DNA of 13,372 nucleotides from an uncultured archaeon (GTDB taxonomy: Archaea; Asgardarchaeota; Lokiarchaeia; Sigyniarchaeales; SOKP01): assembly GCA_964388035.1 (NCBI GenBank), contig CAYLZE010000131.1, forward strand, positions 1 through 13,372, read 5' to 3'. The first letter of the stretch is position 1. Each line of letters begins with the position of its first letter. Shown here one piece after another: positions 8,302 through 13,372 of this stretch. Both the position numbers and the translations under genes were made by a program. A model generated the notes under the pieces. It was not told where the DNA came from. It made no database searches and saw only the letters and a program-made list of their open reading frames with translations.

Positions 8302-9390
8302 ATGGATTTTGAAGAAGCGCTTACTCGCAGTTCAGAAAAGGTAAAAAACACGTTAGAAATTCAGAATTTTCCCCACATCACGGAAAATGGAACATGGCAA
8401 ACCACTCAAGATGGATATTGGTCCGGTGGATTTTGGATTGGAATACTATGGTGGATGTATATTTATACGGGCGAAGAGATTTTTAAGGAACAAGCTTTAA
8501 AATGGTTGAAAAGGCTAGAAATTCGGAGAATATCCCGCACTTTTGATTTAGGATTCATTTTTTATCCGTCTTTCATTCTGGGCTATAAAATTACGAATGA
8601 TAAAAATCTTAAAAAATTAGCTTTAGAAGCCGCAGATACGCAATTAACTACCTATAATAGCCACCTCGGAATGATCTACGATGAGATGATATTCGAAAAT
8701 CAGAAAATTGGCGAGATCATAATCGATATCATGCCCAATTTAAAATTATTATGGTGGGCGTGGAAAGAAACGGGTGCGAATGAATATCGCAAGGTTGCTG
8801 AAACCCATTCTCAAAGAACCCTTCAGGAGTTAGTGAGGAATGATGGTTCCACTTATCAAGGGATCATTTTTAATTTAAAAACAAGCGAGATTCTTAAAAA
8901 GGTATCTTTTCAGGGAATTAACACGGAATCTTGTTGGTCAAGAGGACAAGCATGGGGAATTTTGGGCTTCGCAATAGCATTTGAAGCAGTACGAGAAAAA
9001 ATGTATTTGGATGTTGCCAAAAAGCTAGCAACCTATTTCATAGATCACCTACCCTCTGATAATGTTCCATTTTGGGATTTTCATGAAAAAATGAAACCAG
9101 ACTCCATTAGGGATACATCCGCAGCAGCCATAGCTTGTTCAGGATTCTTGACTATTTATAGGAATACTGGTGAAAAATATTATCAAGAGAAAGCAAAAGA
9201 ATTAATCAAGTCTTTAATCCTGAATTATTTTGCAGAAGCAGATCGAGATGGAATAATCACTCATGGATGTTTCTACAAGCAAAAGAATTGGGGTCTTAAC
9301 GAATCTCTCATGTGGGGTGATTATTTTTTTATTGAATCGTTAATTCAACTAATAAATAAAAAAGATCTTGAAATAGATAAATTGCTTTAA
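8302..9390 (+). CDS. Glycoside hydrolase family 88 (unsaturated glucuronyl hydrolase-like), cytoplasmic
   Basis: GH88/UGL motifs WSGGFWIGILW, DLGF (D82), IIIDIMPNL (D142), RNDGSTY, QG....SCWSRGQAW, DNVPFWDF, RDTSAAAIA, WGDYFFIESL; no signal peptide. Confidence 0.92.
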   Translation: MDFEEALTRSSEKVKNTLEIQNFPHITENGTWQTTQDGYWSGGFWIGILWWMYIYTGEEIFKEQALKWLKRLEIRRISRTFDLGFIFYPSFILGYKITNDKNLKKLALEAADTQLTTYNSHLGMIYDEMIFENQKIGEIIIDIMPNLKLLWWAWKETGANEYRKVAETHSQRTLQELVRNDGSTYQGIIFNLKTSEILKKVSFQGINTESCWSRGQAWGILGFAIAFEAVREKMYLDVAKKLATYFIDHLPSDNVPFWDFHEKMKPDSIRDTSAAAIACSGFLTIYRNTGEKYYQEKAKELIKSLILNYFAEADRDGIITHGCFYKQKNWGLNESLMWGDYFFIESLIQLINKKDLEIDKLL

Positions 9391-9821
9391 AAAAATATAG
9401 TTTCTCTTACGCGAATTAAGATTTTCAGCGAATTTTTACAGATATTTAGGAGAATGATATAAGATTTGCCAATTTCCTTGCGCTTATCCAATCCTATAAT
9501 TCAACTTTTGGAAAAACGTTAATTATTATTGCGAATACTTTCTCTTCAATTGACCTTCATATACCATACCAATTTATTATAAACGTTGTTAAAATATAAG
9601 AAGAATGAACTTAAAGCAATTTTAACCACTATTCGATGGTCTAATCATTCACTATTATGTAAATTATAAATTATGAGATTTTCTCACAACGACGTTTAAT
9701 ATAATAAAAAAACCTATGAGCGAGAAAAGTAGAAATTTTTATAAGAGTATCATCGAAATATTAAATTATATATAAACCATTTTAAATTTAGATGTAAGTA
9801 AGAGAATAAAGAGGATTTTTG

Positions 9822-11204
9822 ATGGAGTATGATAAATTACCGAGAAAGACCGTGTTCATTTATTCTATAGGTTCTATTTCAAATACCTTGTTAGCAGGTA
9901 TCTTTACTTTAATGTATGTAAATTTCTTTTGGAACTATTTGGGTCTTAAACAAATCTGGTTTGTTATTGGACAGGTTATTTACGCCACTGTAAATGCTTT
10001 AAATGACCCTATCACCGGAAATATCAGCGACCATACCAATAAAGAAAAATGGGGAAGTAGAAGATTAATTTATATCAAGTGGTTCGGACCATTGTGGGCA
10101 ATTTTCTTTTTTTTGATGTGGTTTCCCTGGAGTTATGATAACCAAATCATAATCTTTCTTCATTTTGTTATAAGTATTTGCGTTTTTGATACTTTCTTAT
10201 CTCTTATCGTAGGTCTATACATGTCTCTGATGTCGGAGATGACGGATAACATGGAAATGCGATATAAACTCTCTTTTTTTTCCAATATTACCATGGCGGT
10301 TGCCGGAATTCCCGTGATTTTCGCGCAATCTATCTTCGATATTAGTTTTCAGTTATTTCAAATATTTAATGGGATTGTTGCCATCATCAGTATTATCCTA
10401 TTCATAATTGCTGTTAAATATCTCCATGAGAGACCAGAACTAAAATTAGAGCATGAATATACATTAATAGAGGGCATGAAAGATGTATTAAAATCGCGGG
10501 CTTTTCTGACAAGAACCTGCTATATCTTCTTCGGTAATATTGCACGATCAATGAGCTTTTCTTTTGTATTTGCTTTTATAATCATTTTAGGAACTGGCCC
10601 CCTTATTCCGTTTTTTTTCATGGTGGTTACAATGGGAGTCGGATTTTTTTCTCAGGTTTTATACATGAGAGTGGAACCCACATGGGGAATGCGGAAATCA
10701 ATTTTGGTCTTTAAAACGGCATTAATATGTTCTAATTTAATTAGTTTCATGATTGTATTAAATACTAACGCTCCAGCCATCATTTGGATTTGTTTAGCAT
10801 TTAGTTCGATATTTAACGGATTTAACGTGTTTGATTTTGCTCTTCTGACAGTGGCGATAGATGAAGATGAATTAAAACATGGAACGAGGAGAGAGAGTAT
10901 TTTCCAAGGTACGAGCTCCCTCATTTTCAAACCAGCAGATAGCATAGGTCCGATAATAGCGACAGGCGTTCTAACTTTCTACGGATTTGCTACAGGTTCC
11001 ATGATTCAAAGTGCCACGGCTATCATAGGAATTAAATTGCTATTGTTTATAATTCCCTCCATCATGCATGCCATTAGCTTGATTTTCATTTATCTTTTCC
11101 CATATCACGGAGAAAAATATGAAAAATTACGTTTGGATTTAAAAGAACTGCACGTGCAAAAGAAATCCAAATACGAATATATCAAAATAAAAGAGGATAA
11201 ATAA
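9822..11204 (+). CDS. Glycoside-pentoside-hexuronide (GPH, MelB-like, MFS_2) sugar:cation symporter
   Basis: YATVNALNDPITGNISDHT....WGSRR in helix II/loop, AIDEDELKHGTRRESIFQG in the C-terminal half, YGF...S..Q and FPY near the end; about 12 TM. ATG 9822 follows GAGGA (9811-9815). Confidence 0.9.
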   Translation: MEYDKLPRKTVFIYSIGSISNTLLAGIFTLMYVNFFWNYLGLKQIWFVIGQVIYATVNALNDPITGNISDHTNKEKWGSRRLIYIKWFGPLWAIFFFLMWFPWSYDNQIIIFLHFVISICVFDTFLSLIVGLYMSLMSEMTDNMEMRYKLSFFSNITMAVAGIPVIFAQSIFDISFQLFQIFNGIVAIISIILFIIAVKYLHERPELKLEHEYTLIEGMKDVLKSRAFLTRTCYIFFGNIARSMSFSFVFAFIIILGTGPLIPFFFMVVTMGVGFFSQVLYMRVEPTWGMRKSILVFKTALICSNLISFMIVLNTNAPAIIWICLAFSSIFNGFNVFDFALLTVAIDEDELKHGTRRESIFQGTSSLIFKPADSIGPIIATGVLTFYGFATGSMIQSATAIIGIKLLLFIIPSIMHAISLIFIYLFPYHGEKYEKLRLDLKELHVQKKSKYEYIKIKEDK

Positions 11205-11310
11205 GAAAGTGGGTTAAAAAGCACTTCAAATATCAAAAAAGAGATAATTCTAATGAAAAATTATGAAAAAAGAATGGAATTATTATATTTCCGATTTAAT
11301 TTTTAATAAC

Positions 11311-11319
11311 TTTTTTTTT
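11311..11319 (+). terminator. T9 tract, terminator candidate for the GPH transporter transcript
   Basis: Run of nine T in the convergent gap just before the end of the sulfatase-like gene; no hairpin. Confidence 0.35.
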
Positions 11320-11322
11320 ACC

Positions 11323-12753
11323 TTACTTATCCGTTACATACCAATATTTTGAAAGATCTTCCTTATTTGAGTTAGAATCATCTAATAAAAGCTTTCCATT
11401 CGCATCTTTTAATACCTTCTTAAAAAGATCATTACAAATATTAGGATTATTCCTTGCAATATTTTCATTCCATGAGGGATCTTCTGTTAAATCGTATAAT
11501 TTCTGCTCTGTCCTATCGTTTGAAGTAATAAAGCCAAAATTATCGTCCTTATAAAGTGTATGTTGATTAAATCCGCAAGTTATATAATCGCGATTGGTTA
11601 TATATTGATCAGGCTCATCAAAATAAAATGATAAATCAATACCTTCAAACACTTCGGGTACTTTCTTAGAAATGAATCCTAAAATGGTAGCCGTAATATC
11701 GTGATGGTAAACATAACTTTTTTTTATCCTTTTTGGACCCTTTATACCTCCAGGGGGTTTGATCATTAGAGGAATATCCACTAATTCTGGATACATGAAC
11801 TGGGGTAATTTTCCTATTGCTTCATGCTCTCCAATACTATGTCCATGATCACTCGTTAATAGTATTAAAGAATCATCATAGAGATCCATTTGCTTTAGTT
11901 CATCCATGAATTTTCCAAACCAAAAATCACACATGGATACTTCCCCAGCATAGCATGCTCGCATGTACTTTAATTCCTCCTCGGAAAGATAATCCTTGGT
12001 TTCGCTATATGCGGGAGTAATGACCTTTGATCCCGAATATTGTTCATGAAGATATAAATTTAGAAATCGAGAGGGAGGATCCCAAGGCTCGTGAGGATCA
12101 AATTCATCAATAAAGCAGAATGTATTTTTAGCTGATTGCGTGTCCTTAATGAATTCAAGTGCCTTATTAAAAGTCCTTGCGGGAAAATAATCCTCTTCTC
12201 TTGCCCGATCCTGAACATTGGGAAAATATGATTTTAAAATTCGTTTTTGATAGTTTTTAGCGAATAAATTTTTCTTAACTACGTAATCTTTCATCATTTT
12301 ATTAATACTGCCCTTATCTCCTCTAATATAAGCCCGATAATGATCATCTTCTTGTCCACGAATCCAATTCCATTGATCATATCCGAGGTGAAAATTCATG
12401 TTTGGTTTAAAATAATGATAGGTAGAGGTTATTAATGCAGTTAAATAGCCGTGAGAGTGCAGGTATTCTGATAAATGTCTCTGATCATGAGGAATGGGCG
12501 TCCATCCTGGCAATTTCACCACATCGTCCGTGCGCATTTGGGGGATTTCTTGAGTAAATGGGAAGGTTCTGAGTCCCGTATGAATTGTTCTTCTAACTGG
12601 AATTGTTGCTAAAGACTCGGGATAAACTTTTTCAAAAACAAGAGAATCGGTAGCAAATCTATCAAAATTTGGAGTTTGTATCCAATTATTCCCATAAGTG
12701 CTCCCCGCATGATCTTTTCTTAAAGAATCAAAAATGATTAAAAAAACCTTCAT
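11323..12753 (-). CDS. Sulfatase-like hydrolase (alkaline phosphatase superfamily) with T-x-P-x-R nucleophile motif
   Basis: IIFDSLRKDH, IQTPNFDRFA, TIPVRRTIHTG, FDPHEPWDPP, Y.GEV...D.W.G, LTSDHG, IPLMIK.P, HHDITATI, LYDL..DP...NIA; no signal peptide. Confidence 0.9.
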   Translation of the reverse strand: MKVFLIIFDSLRKDHAGSTYGNNWIQTPNFDRFATDSLVFEKVYPESLATIPVRRTIHTGLRTFPFTQEIPQMRTDDVVKLPGWTPIPHDQRHLSEYLHSHGYLTALITSTYHYFKPNMNFHLGYDQWNWIRGQEDDHYRAYIRGDKGSINKMMKDYVVKKNLFAKNYQKRILKSYFPNVQDRAREEDYFPARTFNKALEFIKDTQSAKNTFCFIDEFDPHEPWDPPSRFLNLYLHEQYSGSKVITPAYSETKDYLSEEELKYMRACYAGEVSMCDFWFGKFMDELKQMDLYDDSLILLTSDHGHSIGEHEAIGKLPQFMYPELVDIPLMIKPPGGIKGPKRIKKSYVYHHDITATILGFISKKVPEVFEGIDLSFYFDEPDQYITNRDYITCGFNQHTLYKDDNFGFITSNDRTEQKLYDLTEDPSWNENIARNNPNICNDLFKKVLKDANGKLLLDDSNSNKEDLSKYWYVTDK

Positions 12754-12776
12754 GATAATTATTAAATAGTCTGATC

Positions 12777-12792
12777 TTATTAAATATCTTCT
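12777..12792 (-). promoter_or_regulatory. Archaeal-type BRE/TATA promoter of the sulfatase-like gene (probably leaderless transcript)
   Basis: Minus strand reads AGAAGATA-TTTAATAA, with the TATA element 24-31 nt upstream of ATG 12753 and no SD sequence. Confidence 0.5.
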
Positions 12793-13271
12793 GGGGCGAT
12801 ATTCCCTTTCTTTAACTAAAGAAGCTAATATTGTCGGGATGCATCAAAAGTGAACCACATTTAATTTCAATTATCCTGTATATTCTTGTAATGAAATGGC
12901 TAAAAAATCTAATGTTAATAATCATAATCATAAAAACCAATCTAAATTTAAATTTAACTGTGCTTATTGAGTTCTTATGCTTTAATTATCAAGTCAAGCA
13001 AATCTTATAATAAAAAGACTTTTTAAGCTGAGCTAATTGGATTAATTTAATTAGTATTACTATAAGATTGATGCAAACAATTTTTGGATGCTAAACCTTG
13101 TATAAATCCTATTAATGTCAAGTAATTAAGCATAATTATATCTAATTAAATATCATTAGGTTTAAAAAGAATGTCCACTTTAATAATAATTAATTAAGAT
13201 TAATTAAATATGATTAATTATCATTATTTCTAAAAACTATTTAGCATCTCAAGATAAAAAGGGTATTAATT

Positions 13272-13372
13272 TTGATAATTGATTTAATAGTTCTCATTAT
13301 TACTATTGCTTTAGGCTTTATCGGCGGGTTTATTGATAACTCTTTTGGCATGGGCTATGGAATGCTGAGTCC
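13272..13372 (+). CDS. 5' fragment of a TauE/SafE (TSUP, DUF81) sulfite/organosulfur transporter family protein, truncated by the window end
   Basis: Manual translation from TTG 13272: MIIDLIVLIITIALGFIGGFIDNSFGMGYGMLS(P). The first TM helix ends in the typical GFID...GMGYG...P motif. In-frame TAG at 13242-13244 bounds the start; AAGGGT lies upstream. Absent from the ORF track. Confidence 0.8.
   Translation, partial: MIIDLIVLIITIALGFIGGFIDNSFGMGYGMLS

Noticed and set aside
1755-9390. BKACE acting on the keto-uronate released by GH88
   Set aside because: The GH88 product (4-deoxy-5-keto-uronate) is not a 3-oxo acid, and the two genes are separated by unrelated transcription units.
9425-9559. 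Possible decayed helix-turn-helix remnant on the minus strand (RSIEEKVFAIIINVFPKVEL*DWISARKLANLISFS*ISVKIR*)
   Set aside because: Only a loose visual likeness to an HTH, several stops and no in-frame start. A blastx/tblastn hit to a regulator would be needed to revive it.
10652-10945. 97-aa minus-strand ORF
   Set aside because: Antisense shadow of the GPH transporter.
12754-13271. CRISPR array, tRNA/ncRNA, replication origin or small ORF (24-codon MAKKSNVNNHNHK...) in the long AT-rich spacer
   Set aside because: No regularly spaced repeat-spacer units, no GC-rich structured segment, no ORB-like boxes or cdc6 neighbour, and no support for the tiny ORF.

Overview
AT-rich prokaryotic window, most consistent with an archaeon (inferred: Asgard/Lokiarchaeia-like). 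This rests on TATA/BRE-type promoters, AGGTGG/GGTG ribosome-binding sites, hairpin-less oligo-T tracts after genes and the gene repertoire. Minus strand, left part: a membrane-anchored uncharacterised 526-aa protein, a beta-keto acid cleavage enzyme (BKACE/Kce, DUF849), a 7-TM membrane protein and an MFS transporter. Plus strand: an ABC-2-type ATPase, its permease (one continuous reading frame broken by a single in-frame TAA at 7468-7470), a GH88 unsaturated glucuronyl hydrolase-like enzyme and a GPH-family sugar symporter. Right end: a convergent sulfatase-like hydrolase with Thr at the formylglycine position and, divergent from it, the 5' end of a TauE/SafE (TSUP) gene missed by the ORF track. 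The best candidate for an undescribed system is the GH88 + sugar symporter + Thr-type sulfatase-like + TauE cluster, a possible sulfated uronic-glycan utilisation locus. Its two enzymes, and the BKACE, carry non-canonical active-site residues. No rRNA, tRNA, CRISPR or mobile element was recognised. All family calls are by motif recognition, not database search.
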